Shown piece by piece: positions 42,101-57,117 of a stretch of DNA of 64,000 bases (within the stretch, counting starts at the first letter, position 1; each line of letters begins with the position of its first letter). The position numbers and the translations under genes were made by a program. Source of the stretch: Piromyces finnis finn (Eukaryota > Fungi > Neocallimastigomycota); the NCBI GenBank assembly GCA_002104945.1, contig MCFH01000017.1:800660-864659 (forward strand). The letters run 5' to 3'. The notes beneath the pieces were generated by a model that saw nothing but the letters and a program-made list of their open reading frames with translations, was not told where the DNA came from and made no database searches.

Positions 42101-43992
42101 ACTTATAAAATTTCAAAATCAATAATATTTTATTTTCAAATAAATTATAAAATTATATTAAGAAATATTTAAAAAATTTAGAAAAGGTTAAGATATGACC
42201 TTAACCCTTAATAAAATTTATAATAAATAACTTTAACCCTTATCGTCAAAATTAAATAAGGAAAAACACGCGTATCTCCTTAACGAATAGCGATTTTTGA
42301 ATAATGGTTGGGAGATTGTGGGTTCGTTAGAAAGTCACGCTCGAGATAAACAACATATCTTAAAATCAGGTCAATATCTCTGCTGGTTCACGAGATATTT
42401 CAATTTAAAGATATTTTGTTAGTAATGATTAATTGTTTATTCAGAGAATGATCACCCCTGATGTATTGACATAAATCATTCACCCAAAAGGATATAAATT
42501 ATTGTTTTAATTAAATTAAAATTATTTTCCGGAATTAATTAACTTTATTTTATAATAATTATTTCAATAACATAACTTATAATCTTTGAATTAAAAGATT
42601 ATAATTATTAAAATTATATGCAATGAATTATATTATAATTAAGAAATAATTAATATTATAAATATATAAACAATAGTTATTTTTAATAATTAGTAATAAG
42701 TCTTAAGTTTAGTTTTAGTATTATAAAATATATTATGAATATAATCATGTATTAAAAAGTTATTTTATTATTAAATGTAAAATTACAATTAGTATAAATA
42801 GTTTAGAATAATTTTATGAAATTAAATCTTTGTAAAGATTATTATCTTATTAATACTTAATAAGTATTATTATTAAATAATCTTATTATTATATATATTA
42901 TTTAAATAAAATAAAAGAAATTATTTTAACCATAATACATAACTTAATTATTCATTTATAAAGCAATTAAGATTATTTTAATAAAACATTTTTTTTCTAA
43001 CCTAGTTATCTTTAATCTTTTATTTAATTTAATATTTTAATATTAAATTATAAGTTTAGTAAAACTTTTACAAAATTTTATTATAAAATAATTATTAAAT
43101 AATTTTATATAGTTTAGTACAAAAATAGAAGAAAAATGGTCAATCCCGTAAATTTAAACTTAAACGTCCCAAAATTTCTAAGAAAGTTATATTCAATAAA
43201 AATAATTATCATATAATTATAATTATTTAATTCATACCTTCTTATCCGAAAAGCCAGAAGAAGTAAGTAATTTAGAAGAACATATTATTGAGGATATTCC
43301 AGAACATACTATTTAATAAAATATTCTATTATTCAAAAATATATCGGTTAATGTATCAATTAAAAATATATGTAACCTTTTATTTTCTTGTTATCTAGTA
43401 ATTGATTTTTTTAATATAATCATTTATTACTTGAATAAAAATTGGGTATAATATATTCTAGTAATTTTAATTAAAGTAAGAAAGCCACTATTATACTAAA
43501 GTATAGTAATTGTATTCGACTTTCAATGGGATACCGAGTCAAAAATCAAATTTTTGTCATGGGATAAAATTATGATCTCCATTAGTTGCGCTGACCCTCA
43601 TGGTCTGTCTTATAGTTTCTTCAACATTGACGCTCTTAACTGTTGCTTCAAACCTTTTGAACATTGACCATTGCTAGCCATTAACATAAGACATTATTTT
43701 GGTTAGAAGTTCCGCTGTTACCGTCAAGAATGGTGTTCCTTCGTAAGTGCCCGATTGAATCTGACACTTGCAAAGTTCTTTCCATTCCCTTGAATTGAAA
43801 TTGATATTGTTAAAATTTCTTTCCTCAAGAAGGAATTAAAATATTTTATTGTACACATTAAAATAATCATACACATTAATATTCACCGGATTATTAGAAC
43901 TATTACTATTATTAACTAAATTACTATCTAAATTATAATTGTTATCTTCACTATAGCTATTATTAATAATATATTAAAATTATTATTAAAAC

Positions 43993-44054
<62 letters not shown>

Positions 44055-44692
44055 TATTATTATTATTATATTATTATTATTATTATTATTATTATATTAT
44101 TATTATTATTATTGTTGATAGGACTGTTGGAATATCCACTTCTTGCTTTCAATAGGCAAGTAGAAACCCAAAAAAAATTTGAGTACTCATAATATAATTT
44201 AATAAAATCTTTAGTTTCAATAAATTTATTATCATCATAATATTACGCTTTGATTGAATTTCCTTTGAGATCTTTCCAATAAAAGTTTTTAACTGATTTA
44301 GCATCTCCATGCTTCTTTAATTTTTTATCAAGAGTCCTACATAATTCCATGTATACCATGTATATTTTCTAAATTTAGGAATGTAATTGACAAGGTATGA
44401 AATAATACATTTTGAGTTTTTCTACTTGTTAAAACATCTAATCTGAGCTAATGCGCATTTTGCTAACAATGAATGAATATTCATATCTTCTGAAATAGAG
44501 TATATATATATAAACAATACAGCTTTATGAACACCGGCTATAATTAGGAGAATAGAGGAAAGCCGACTTGACTTCATTATTACTAATATCTTAGCTGGTG
44601 TCTCATTCATCAAACATAAGGGTAATGGCAAAATTATTACTTTAATAAAATAAAATTATTACTTTGATAAAACAAAAAAAAAATTAAAAGTA

Positions 44693-44764
44693 AGGGGCGT
44701 TCCGGATTTGAACCGAAGACCTATTGATCTGCAGTCAATTGCTCTACCGCTGAGCTAACACCCC
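44693..44764 (-). tRNA. tRNA-Cys(GCA), copy 3
   Basis: Identical to copy 1. Confidence 0.95.
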
Positions 44765-47700
44765 ACTTTTGTTATTTTGTCACAATAACATATATAAAAA
44801 TTTAAAAAATTTGGACACATGGAAAAAAATTGTCACGAATACTAGTGAAATTACAATTTCAAGATCACTTGGAATTGTGAAATCACTTATGAAAATTCAA
44901 AATCAACAAATATTTTATTTTCAAATAAATTATAAAATTTTATTAAGAAATATTTAAAAATTTAGAAAAGGTTAAAATATGACCTTAACCCTTAATAATT
45001 TTTATAATAAATAACTTTAACCCTTATCGTTAAAATGGAATAAGAAAAAACACGCGTATCTCCTCAACGAATGACGATTTTTGAATAATAATATTTTGGT
45101 TATAATTAAGTTCGTTAGAAAGCCACGCTCGAGACAAACAACATATCTTAAAATCAGGTCAATATCTCTGCTGGTTCACGAGATATTTCAATTTAAAGAT
45201 ATTTTGTTAGTAATGATTAATTGTTTATTCAGAGAATGATCACCCCTGATGTATTGACATAAATCATTCACCCAAAAGGATATAAATTATTGTTTTAATT
45301 AAATTAAAATTATTTTCCGGAATTAATTAACTTTATTTTATAATAATTATTTCAATAACATAACTTATAATCTTTGAATTAAAAGATTATAATTATTAAA
45401 ATTATATGCAATGAATTATATTATAATTAAGAAATAATTAATATTATAAATATATAAACAATAGTTATTTTTAATAATTAGTAATAAGTCTTAAGTTTAG
45501 TTTTAGTATTATAAAATATATTATGAATATAATCATGTACTAAAAAGTTATTTTAGTATTAAATGTAAAATTACAAATAGTATAAATAGTTTAGAATAGT
45601 TTTATGAATTAAATCTTTGTAAAGATTATTATCTTATTAATACTTAATAAGTATTACTATTAAATAATCTTATTATTATATATATTCTTTAAATAAAATA
45701 AAAAGGAATTATTTTAACTATAATACATAATATAATTATTCATTTATAAATCAATTAAGATTATTTTAATAAAACATTTTTTTTCTAACCTAGTTATCTT
45801 TTAACCTTTTATTTAATTTGATATTTTAATATTAAATTATAAGTTTAGTAAAACTTTTACATGTTATCTTATATTGTTTTATCTCGACAGCTATTGTACG
45901 AGCTTTAACAATATCTACTAGTTTTATTAATTTATTTTAAGTTATTTTATAGTTTTAATAGTTTTATTATTTTAATAATATTTATATAGAATAATAACAC
46001 CAGATTTATTCTATAAAATATTATTTATTATTAACACAATAATTACAAATTAGACAAGTTTAATTTCGTTTTTATATTTTCTTTTATTTATTGTTCTTAC
46101 GCTCTTTTTAACAATAATTTTTATTATATAAAAACTTATTTTTGTCTTTTAAATATTATTATGTATTCACTAATTAATTATATTAACTATTATTAAAATT
46201 TAACTTATTATTAATAATCTAAGTCTTCTCATTTTCTACTAAAAATTATTATTATTCTTTATATTAAAAATGATTTTTATAATATATAAATTTATAAAAT
46301 ATTTGATTTTATGTAAATTATATTTTTGTACTAAACTATATAAAATTATTTAATAATTATTTTTATAATAAAATATTCTACTAATATCAAATGTATAATA
46401 TATTTATAATTATTATTTATCAACCTTGATACGCTACTCATATAAAAACATGATATAAACTAGCTGAATAAACACGACTTAACCCATAGTAACTTATAAT
46501 AAAAATAAACAATAATAATCCTTAAAAATGAATGAATAATAATTTTATGAAAATATAACCCTTTCTTTAAATAAATAATATTATCTTTATTATATAATAA
46601 ATTCTGAGTAAAAACGACCTAATAGTGATAATAATAAAATAAATTATTAAATAAAATAAATTATTAAATAAAATAAAACGACTTAATCCAATAATGTACT
46701 AAAATAATAAAATAATAATAAATAAATAAAAATGAATAAATAAACTAAAAATAAAATGATATACATCAAATTATTAATTCTAGTGTTTATCCAAGTGTTC
46801 TTTAGAAATACTCTTAAACTTATAAATTAAAAAAATAACTAATTGAGTAATTATTACTAAAATGACAAACTTAAAACCTGGAAATAGAACAATAATAACA
46901 ATTCCAAAGATAAAATACAGAACTCTTTTATGTTTCTGTATAAAATGAGTGTTTATAATAATTGATACTTTTAATATTTTAATTTTGTTAAATTTTTATT
47001 TTAATTTTATTTTAATTTTATTTTAATATTATTTTAATTTTAAATTTTAATTATTTTATTCAAGGTATTATACATTTAATGATAGTCAATGATAATTTAT
47101 AATAATTTTTCTAAATTTAAACATTTTGAAGTAATAAGAAAATCAAATAAGTAATATTCTATAATATTTTATAATACTAAGACATAATTTTAATTTATTC
47201 TTTTAATTTTAATAAATAATAGCAATAGTAATAATAATATTTAATAGTTAAAAATAATAATACATGTAATAAATGAAAATGTATAAAAGGAAGATAAAAT
47301 TCTTCTTTATAAAAAGGGGGACAATAAATAGAGAATAAAAAAGACAATAAACAGATAATAAATAAATTATAGAAATAGAATATAATAAAGATTTAATTTA
47401 AAACATAATAAGAGTTTATTTTCGAGTTTTGAGTGATTTATTTGTTAATTATAAAACATATTTTTATTTTATTTTAAATTTATTGTTTCATCATAATAAT
47501 ATAGAATTTATTATTTATTAAAAACATTATATTATTCACAAATATATCGGTCAACGCATCAACCCTGATAAATAATAATTATAAATATATTATAAATTTG
47601 ATATTAGTAGAAAATTTGTCACGAATACTAGTGAAATCTACAATTTCAAGATCACTTGAAATTGTGAAATTACTTATAAAATTTCAAAATCAATAATATT

Positions 47701-49069
47701 TTATTTTCAAATAAATTATAAAATTATATTAAGAAATATTTAAAAAATTTAGAAAAGGTTAAGATATGACCTTAACCCTTAATAAAATTTATAATAAATA
47801 ACTTTAACCCTTATCGTCAAAATTAAATAAGGAAAAACACGCGTATCTCCTTAACGAATAGCGATTTTTGAATAATGGTTGGGAGATTGTGGGTTCGTTA
47901 GAAAGTCACGCTCGAGATAAACAACATATCTTAAAATCAGGTCAATATCTCTGCTGGTTCACGAGATATTTCAATTTAAAGATATTTTGTTAGTAATGAT
48001 TAATTGTTTATTCAGAGAATGATCACCCCTGATGTATTGACATAAATCATTCACCCAAAAGGATATAAATTATTGTTTTAATTAAATTAAAATTATTTTC
48101 CGGAATTAATTAACTTTATTTTATAATAATTATTTCAATAACATAACTTATAATCTTTGAATTAAAAGATTATAATTATTAAAATTATATGCAATGAATT
48201 ATATTATAATTAAGAAATAATTAATATTATAAATATATAAACAATAGTTATTTTTAATAATTAGTAATAAGTCTTAAGTTTAGTTTTAGTATTATAAAAT
48301 ATATTATGAATATAATCATGTATTAAAAAGTTATTTTATTATTAAATGTAAAATTACAATTAGTATAAATAGTTTAGAATAATTTTATGAAATTAAATCT
48401 TTGTAAAGATTATTATCTTATTAATACTTAATAAGTATTATTATTAAATAATCTTATTATTATATATATTATTTAAATAAAATAAAAGAAATTATTTTAA
48501 CCATAATACATAACTTAATTATTCATTTATAAAGCAATTAAGATTATTTTAATAAAACATTTTTTTTCTAACCTAGTTATCTTTAATCTTTTATTTAATT
48601 TAATATTTTAATATTAAATTATAAGTTTAGTAAAACTTTTACAAAATTTTATTATAAAATAATTATTAAATAGTTTTATATAGTTTAGAAAAAAAATAGA
48701 AGAAAAATGGTCAATCCCGTAAATTTAAACTTAAACGTCCCAAAATTTCTAAGAAAGTTATATTTAATAAAAATAATTATGAATCATATAATTATAATTA
48801 TTTAATTCATACCTTCTTATCCGAAAAGCCAGAAGAAGTAAGTAATTTAGAAGAACATATTATTGAGGATATTCTAGAACATACTATTTAATAAAATATT
48901 CTATTATTCAAAAATATATCGGTTAATGTATCAATTAAAAATATATGTAACCTTTTATTTTCTTGTTATCTAGTAATTGATTTTTTTAATATAATCATTT
49001 ATTACTTGAATAAAAATTGGGTATAATATATTCTAGTAATTTTAATTAAAGTAAGAAAGCCACTATTAT

Positions 49070-49567
49070 ACTAAAGTATAGTAATTGTATTCGACTTTCA
49101 ATGGGATACCGAGTCAAAAATCAAATTTTTGTCATGGGATAAAATTATGATCTCCATTAGTTGCGCTGACCCTCATGGTCTGTCTTATAGTTTCTTCAAC
49201 ATTGACGCTCTTAACTGTTGCTTCAAACCTTTTGAACATTGACCATTGCTAGCCATTAACATAAGACATTATTTTGGTTAGAAGTTCCGCTGTTACCGTC
49301 AAGAATGGTGTTCCTTCGTAAGTGCCCGATTGAATCTGACACTTGCAAAGTTCTTTCCATTCCCTTGAATTGAAATTGATATTGTTAAAATTTCTTTCCC
49401 CAAGAAGGAATTAAAATATTTTATTTCACACATTAAAATAATCATACACATTAATATTCACCGGATTATTAGAACTATTACTATTATTAACTAAATTACT
49501 ATCTAAATTAGAATTGTTATCTTCACTATAGCTATTATTAATAATATATTAAAATTATTATTAAAAC

Positions 49568-49646
<79 letters not shown>

Positions 49647-50295
49647 GTTGATAGGACTGTTGGAATTGCATTGACTAAAAAATTTAATAATTTGGACTAT
49701 GGATTTGTAATATTTAATATGGATATCTCTAAATGTTGGACAATCTAATAATCAATGTTTAATATTTTGATAACCACTCTTGCAACATGGACAGTAGTTT
49801 GGTCAAACTGGATCAACAAAATTAGCAGACTTTGCAACTCTCTAGCATCCAACTTATATCCACTTCTTGCTTTCAATAGGCAAGTAGAAACCCAAAAAAA
49901 ATTTGAGTACTCATAATATAATTTAATAAAATCTTTAGTTTCAATAAATTTATTATCATCATAATATTACGCTTTGATTGAATTTCCTTTGAGATCTTTC
50001 CAATAAAAGTTTTTAACTGATTTAGCATCTCCATGCTTCTTTAATTTTTTATCAAGAGTCCTACATAATTCCATGTATACCATATATTTTCTAAATTTAG
50101 GAATGTAATTGACAAGGTATGAAATAATACATTTTGAGTTTTTCTACTTGTTAAAACATCTAATCTGAGCTAATGCGCATTTTGCTAACAATGAATGAAT
50201 ATTCATATCTTCTGAAATAGAGTATATATATATAAACAATACAGCTTTATGAACACCGGCTATAATTAGGAGAATAGAGGAAAGCCGACTTGACT
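49070..50295 (-). pseudogene. Decayed non-LTR retrotransposon (LINE) ORF2 3' end and putative 3' region; deleted versions in units 1-3
   Basis: The minus strand at 49793-49737 reads YCPCCKSGYQNIKH*LLDCP, the C-terminal CxxC...HxxxxC knuckle typical of LINE ORF2. Contains stops and frameshifts. Boundaries approximate. Confidence 0.6.
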
Positions 50296-50306
50296 TCATT
50301 ATTACT

Positions 50307-50309
<3 letters not shown>

Positions 50310-50339
<30 letters not shown>

Positions 50340-50871
50340 TTCCGAGTGCATTTCTCCCATCGATCGGAGTTAGCTCCAATGGTGGTTCTTAGAGAAACGT
50401 TGGCTCATTCCTATTGCTAGGTGGTTGTGACCCTCCTGGTCTGTCATACTGTTTCTTCAGCTTCGACGCTCACTTAATCCATGTACATTAGATGCATGTC
50501 GTTGTACGATATTTCACAACTACAATGCTAAGCCTCTTATAGTCAATTTGATCACGTGTCAACCACCCCCTAATGTTTACACTTAAATTGATTAAGGAAT
50601 ATTGTGTGTTTTTGGCATAGCCTAAGTCACCACTTATTAAGTTCTAATTTGGAATGTACCATGTACACTAGACCCTCTCAGGCCGGCTAGACGAGTGTTA
50701 TTATCATAGTAGTAAATTAGAAAGTTCTTTTATACTTACCTGAATATCATAACCCAACCCATGACAAACCCAATGGGAAAATCCACAGGCACTGACATCT
50801 GCGGGGTCAAACCAGAAGCCTTATGTATACTAAGGCAACGCCTTAACAACCAGGATAAAAACTGGAACGAC
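50310..50871 (-). mobile_element. Poly(A)-tailed retro-insertion (5'-truncated LINE 3' end or SINE), ~560 bp
   Basis: Poly-T run at the left end and 14-bp TSD TCATTATTACTAAT (50296-50309 and 50872-50885). The empty site is visible in units 1-3. Confidence 0.9.
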
Positions 50872-50968
50872 TCATTATTACTAATATCTTAGCTGGTGTC
50901 TCATTCATCAAACATAAGGGTAACGGCAAAATTATTACTTTGATAAAACAAAAAAAAAATTAAAAGTA

Positions 50969-51040
50969 AGGGGCGTTCCGGATTTGAACCGAAGACCTAT
51001 TGATCTGCAGTCAATTGCTCTACCGCTGAGCTAACACCCC
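50969..51040 (-). tRNA. tRNA-Cys(GCA), copy 4
   Basis: Identical to copy 1. Confidence 0.95.
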
Positions 51041-52244
51041 ACTTTTATTATTTGTCAAAAAGCGATTTTTTTATTAAAGAAAAGTGTGGTAAGCACACTA
51101 GTTATATTGTGAAGATATTAACTGGATTTAAAACAAATTCAGATAATATCTATAATTAATTAAACATAATAATTATAATTAAATAATTTCAATAATTATT
51201 TTAAAACACTTTTAAAAGTCACCTTTTAAATTTTGATTCAGTGAAAGGGTTATGATTTCAAAAATTTAATATCAATATACTATAACCCTTAACCAAAAAT
51301 AAGCAAGTACGAAATAAGGTGTAACTCGCCAAAAACGATCGCTACGGCTATAAGTACTACGGTGATGAAACTAGGTTTATTGGAAAGCTTAGGAAGAAAG
51401 CTACAATTTGGTACAATCGCGGTCCTTCTAACTGATCATTTAAGGAAGTTATGATCATTTAAAGATTTTATTAGGTAAATTAAAATCAATATGATATCAA
51501 GTATGGATCATAAATATTTCTTATGACTTGATGAAATTAAAAATATATCAATAGGAATTTTAGTTATATTAATTTAATTAATGATAACGATTGTTACTAA
51601 AAATAGAACTAGACCCATTTAGGTGTAACAGTTAATACCTATAAATTAAATAATCTTAATTATTATAAAATAGGTTAACGGCAAGTTTTATTAGAAATAA
51701 TTTTGAAAATAATAATTATTTAGTTATAACAAATATGTTATGGTAATATCAATTAATAATGATGAATTATTAATTGAATAGTTTTTATAATTACTAATTA
51801 GGATCAACTGTTTAAATGATTAATCATATGTTTATTTTATTTTATGTCATGACAAACAAACAAACAAACAAACAAACAAACAATCTTATTACTTATTTAA
51901 TTATATTACTAATATATTATATGTAATACTTTATTCTTATTAATATCAATTTAATAATCTGAACAAAGAATATAAAAGAGAATGAATTGAATTCGATTTT
52001 AATTCTTTGTAAAGATTATAGTTATAATCTTAATTATATAGTTACTTATAATATCATTTATATTATTATTAAATAAATAAAAAATTTATAAAAAGTTATT
52101 TTAAAGTAAATATAAATTTTTCATTTTTCATTTGGGAGTTTAAGGTGTTATTTTATAATTAAATTTAATTTCTTAAAAAACATTTTTACTATATAATTAA
52201 TAACATTCTGACCTGGCCGCATAACCAAACCCAAAAACTTAACA

Positions 52245-52255
52245 ATAATCTTTAC
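52245..52255 (+). promoter_or_regulatory. PBS of element 3 (ATAATCTTTAC), complementary to GTAAAGATTAT at 52009-52019
   Basis: Abuts the 5' LTR; TATAAAAG at 51971. Confidence 0.85.
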
Positions 52256-52279
52256 CCGCTGTTTAGTGGCTACTTTAGA

Positions 52280-53305
52280 ATGTTCACTCCGGTTCCTAAT
52301 TTCCCAGACGAGGTAAACCAACTAAGAGAGGATGCTACTCAGACTGCCAAGGATATCATTGAGGGTATCAATGAAAATTTGGTTTTCCGTGAAGATTTTC
52401 AAAATTTTTCCAATGATGTGAATAATCGTTTAAATGAAATCATGAGTGTATTAACCAATATGAATAATAATCAAACTGCTCAGAATGAAGATGAACAACC
52501 ATTGTTACATACCAATTATGATAGGATAGCTACTCCAAGACCTACTGTCTTTAGAGATGATGAATCTACTTCAACAAGATTTGATTTGGATCATGATGTT
52601 ATCATGAGAGGCCGTTTTGCTACTCCAATCACTCAAGTGCCAGATCCAGGTATGTTCTCCGGTAAGACTAGTGATACCGATTTGTTTTGTCAATTATGTG
52701 AAGATACTTTCAAAACTCTACCAAATCGAACTTTACCAGAAGAAACAAAAATTAATTTTGTACAATCCCGTCTTCGTGATGCTGCTAGAAATTGGTATCT
52801 TGCCAAGTACAAGGATAATATTTATCCATCTACCATGCAAGAATTGTTGGATGGACTAAGAATTGCTTTCTCAAATGTTGCTAGTTACAAGATAGCTAAA
52901 ATCAAAGTAATGCGTTTAAAACAACAATATGGTAAAATAAATGATTATATCGAGGAATTCCGCTCTCTTTCACAACAATTTAAATGGAATGAAGAAGCAT
53001 TATCTTTAATCTTTTATAATGGTTTACATCCCAAATATCAGGAAGAAATTGAAAAGATGGAGGTATTTCCAACCACCATGGAGTCCATTATAACTAGATG
53101 TATTTTGATCGAAAGTTCTCTTTCTACAAAGAATAAGATTAACCAGTCTTCCAACTCTAAATCTAACAAGAAAAGAAATTCACATTTCAACCACCACAGA
53201 TCATACAACAACAACAACAACAATAACAACAATAACTTCCAAAAATATAATAATAATTACAATAACAACAATTATAAAGCTCAAAAAATTAGTTCAAAAA
53301 ACTAA
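52280..53305 (+). CDS. gag: Gag of element 3 (341 aa)
   Basis: Homologous to element 1 gag (DHDVIMR, QVPDPG.F.G, LFC.LC..TFKT, RLRD.AR.WY). Confidence 0.9.
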   Translation: MFTPVPNFPDEVNQLREDATQTAKDIIEGINENLVFREDFQNFSNDVNNRLNEIMSVLTNMNNNQTAQNEDEQPLLHTNYDRIATPRPTVFRDDESTSTRFDLDHDVIMRGRFATPITQVPDPGMFSGKTSDTDLFCQLCEDTFKTLPNRTLPEETKINFVQSRLRDAARNWYLAKYKDNIYPSTMQELLDGLRIAFSNVASYKIAKIKVMRLKQQYGKINDYIEEFRSLSQQFKWNEEALSLIFYNGLHPKYQEEIEKMEVFPTTMESIITRCILIESSLSTKNKINQSSNSKSNKKRNSHFNHHRSYNNNNNNNNNNFQKYNNNYNNNNYKAQKISSKN

Positions 53306-56300
53306 ATAAAGGACTTCCATTGAAGTCCCATCACCACTCGAATACAAAAATATTAAACTACACTTTTCCCACTATCAACAAAGATAATACATTACCTTCA
53401 ACGTTTTTTACTTTTAATACATATGTATTATCCAATAATGGAGGTACAAATAATGTACATAATAAAATTGCATGTACATCACTATTAGATAGTGGATCTT
53501 ATTGTAATTTTATGTCGTACAAACTATTACGTACATTACAATTACATCCTCATAAAATTAATAATGTTATCACTGTACAAGGTATCAGTGGTACTTCAAT
53601 TGAACTTGATGAATATATCAACCTAAACTTTCAGTTAAAACTATTTATCAACAATAAATTCCATTTCATCAATTTCAAAGAAAAATTTTTACTAGCGGAT
53701 TATATTCCGACAGATTTATTATTTGGAAATATATTCATGTCCAAATATGAAATTCATTATAATTATAATAAAAATTATTTATATTCAAATTTAAAATATG
53801 ATTTTAACAGAAAGAAATTCAATATGAAGCATGCTACTAAATTTTTAAAATTAGAACAATTCATTTCTTATAATAGAAATGACATAAATGTTACACCTAC
53901 CACTTCTACAGGTGTAAATAACACAAAAAATAAAAATAAAAATTATTCCACCAATTTTTATAATTTAAAAAATAAAATTCATAATTTTTATTTCAGATCT
54001 AAAACCTTTAGTAAGAAGAAAAATGGTCGATTTCACAAATTTAACCCTAAACGTTCCAAATTTTTTAGAAAAGTTATATTAAATAAAAATAATTATGATA
54101 GATATAATTATAATTATTTAATTCATACTTTTTTGTCCGAAAAACCAGAAGAAGTAAGCAATTTAGAAGAACATACTATTGAGGATATTCCAAAACCCTA
54201 TCGAGATTTGGCAAAAGTTTTCAGCAAACAAGAAGCTGATAAACTACCACCACATAGAATTACAGATTGTAAAATAGTACTAGAAAAAGATGCTACTCTT
54301 CACTATGGTCCCATCTATCCCTTATCAGAAGAAGAATCAAAAGTTTTAGAAGAGTATATCAAGGAAAATTTAGAAAAAGGCTTTATTAGACCATCCGAAT
54401 CACCTGCAGGATATCCAGTGGTATTTCAGAAAAAGAAAGATGGTACTCTTAGAGTTTGTATTGATTATAAAAAACTCAATTCTGTAACGATACGTAACTC
54501 CTACCCAATACCACTTATTACCGACATTATAGAACGTGTCAAAGGTGCAAAGTATTTCACCAAGCTCGACTTACGCTCTGCTTATAATTTAGTTAGAATA
54601 AGAAATGGTGATGAATATAAAACTGCTTTTCGCACAAAGTTTGGTCACTATGAATATTTAGTGATGCCATTTGGTTTACGTAACGCTCCTGCTACTTTTC
54701 AGGCATTTATAAATTCTGTTCTCAGACCTTTCTTGGAAAAATCTGTTATTCTCTATTTGGATGATATTCTTATATTTTCAAAAACCTTAGAAGAACACCA
54801 CCAACATGTACGTGAAGTTCTTTCTAAACTATTAGAAAATAATTTATATGCTAAACTTCCTAAATGTGAATTTGACAAACCACAAGTTGAATTCTTAGGA
54901 TATGTTATTTCAGGTTCAGGAATTGCTACCGACCCAAAAAAGATAGAGTCAATCAAAAATTGGCCTATTCCTACTACAGTTAAGGATGTACAAAGATTTT
55001 TAGGTCTTTGTAACTACTATAGACGCTTTGTAATGAATTTTGCAGACTTGGCTAAACCCCTCCACAACCTAACAAAAAAGAATGCAAAGTTCAAATGGTC
55101 CACAGAATGTGAATCCTCATTTAACATTTTAAAAACGCGTTTAACTTCAGCACCTATTTTATCACATCCTGATCCTCAAAAACAATATATTTTAGAATGT
55201 GATGCAAGTAATGTTGCTATCGGTTCTATACTTTCTCAATATGATTCAGAAAATCGTCTACATCCTGTTGCTTACTACTCCAGAAGTCTAAGTAGTTCTG
55301 AAGTTAATTATTCTATAACAGATAAAGAACTATTAGCCATTAAGGATTCTTTCTCTACTTGGAGGCACCTTCTTCTTGGTGCTAAATATAAAATAAAAGT
55401 TTACACTGATCATAGAAATTTACTTTATACTCTTGGAGGAAAGGTAGGTAATCAAAGACAACATCGTTGGCACCTTTTCTTTCATGAATACGACTTTGAA
55501 CTTATATACAGACAAGGTCGTAAGAATGGTAAACCTGATTGTCTATCTCGCAGACCTGACTACATGGATAGGACTTATGAAGAAAAGCCAGAATATATTT
55601 TAGACTCAAAAAATGTAAAACTAATACCAAGTTTCATTGGTATTATGAGTAACTTCTTGGAACAAGTTATTCAATACTTAAAGGACGACGAAACTGCTAA
55701 GGATATTATGCTATATTTCAGCCCACATAATGACCAAAAGGCTTATAGACCATTTAGGAAAATGAACAAGTTTGAATTAAAAAATAATCTTATTTTATAT
55801 AATAACTTAGTTTATATCCCTGAGAAACTATGTTTAGATGTTCTTATGAAATATCATGAACAACCCTCTGCTGGACATCTTGGTATAAAAAGGACTTTAG
55901 AATTGATAACTCGAAATTTTTGGTGGCCTAAAATTAAGGATGATGTCACTAAATTTGTTAATTCTTGTGAGACATGCACAAGAAATAAAGTAACTAGACA
56001 TCGGAAATATGGAAAATTACAACCTTTAGATACTCCAGAACGTCCATGGAAATCTATAGAAATTGACTTTCTTTGTGGCCTTCCTGAGTCTAAAGGGTAC
56101 ACCGTAATTATGGTAGTGGTTGACCGCTTTTCTAAAATGATTCACTTAGTGCCGTTTAAACAAGTTCCAAACGCAGCACAAACTGCAAAAGCTTTTTTGA
56201 ACAATGTATATCGTTTACATGGTCTCCCTTATGACCTATATACTGATAGAGGCTCACAATTTACAAGTGATGTTTGGCTCGAATTTTTGGATTTATTATA

Positions 56301-57117
56301 TATTCATCCAAGAATAGCTACTACTGACCACCATGAAACTGTTGGACAGGTCGAGAGGTCAAATTCTTTTATTGAACAGTATCTTAGATGTTATTCCAAG
56401 TCTTTCTATCATGACGACTGGGTTGATTGGCTTCCACTTGCAGAATTCGCCTATAACAACGCTGTTAATGAATCAACCAAAGAAACACCATTCTTCATTA
56501 ATTATGGTTTCCACCCTCCGATGGATGAAATGACCCTATTACCACAATGTAATATTAATCATAAACTAGTTCAAAACGTTAATGATGCATTCAACCACAT
56601 AAAAGAAGTGTTACTACGCTCCAAAGAGTTGTATAAAAGAAGAGTGGATAAAAGTCGTTTAGAAGCTCCAAAATTTAAAATTGATGATTTAGTTTGGATT
56701 CAAGCCCCACCTTCTCTAAATATTGAAAATAGTTCCAAATTAGCTCCTTGTAAATATGGTCCATATAAAATAACTCAAGTTTTGAGAAATAACAATTATG
56801 AAATCGATATCAAAAAATCACCTTTTCCCAAACACTATCCAATATTTCATGTATCTGAGTTGGAACCTTATAGATCAACTCCAAAAGAATTTTTAAATAG
56901 AACTGCGGATCCAGAATCAATAAAAGATATAGTGGAAATATCTGGATTCCGTACAAATTATAAACAACAACGATATGAATATAAAATTCGATACAAATAC
57001 CGTTCCGCTTATAATTGGGTACCAGCAAGTGAAGTAGAAGACAATCCACGTAATCAATACATTTATCAAAAATATTTAAAAAGTGGACGACATTATGCTT
57101 CTATAGCATATAATTAA
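53298..57117 (+). CDS. pol: Pol of element 3 (PR-RT-RNase H-IN, divergent chromo-like C-terminus), entered by -1 frameshift
   Basis: LLDSGS, YLDD, ECDAS, HEQPSAGH...CETC and DDE motifs; the frame is open from the slippery site at 53296-53302. Confidence 0.93.

Noticed and set aside
50440-50470. Hammerhead ribozyme suggested by CTGAAGAAAC on the minus strand
   Set aside because: There is no stem II or separate GAAA after CTGAAGA, so the catalytic core cannot be built.
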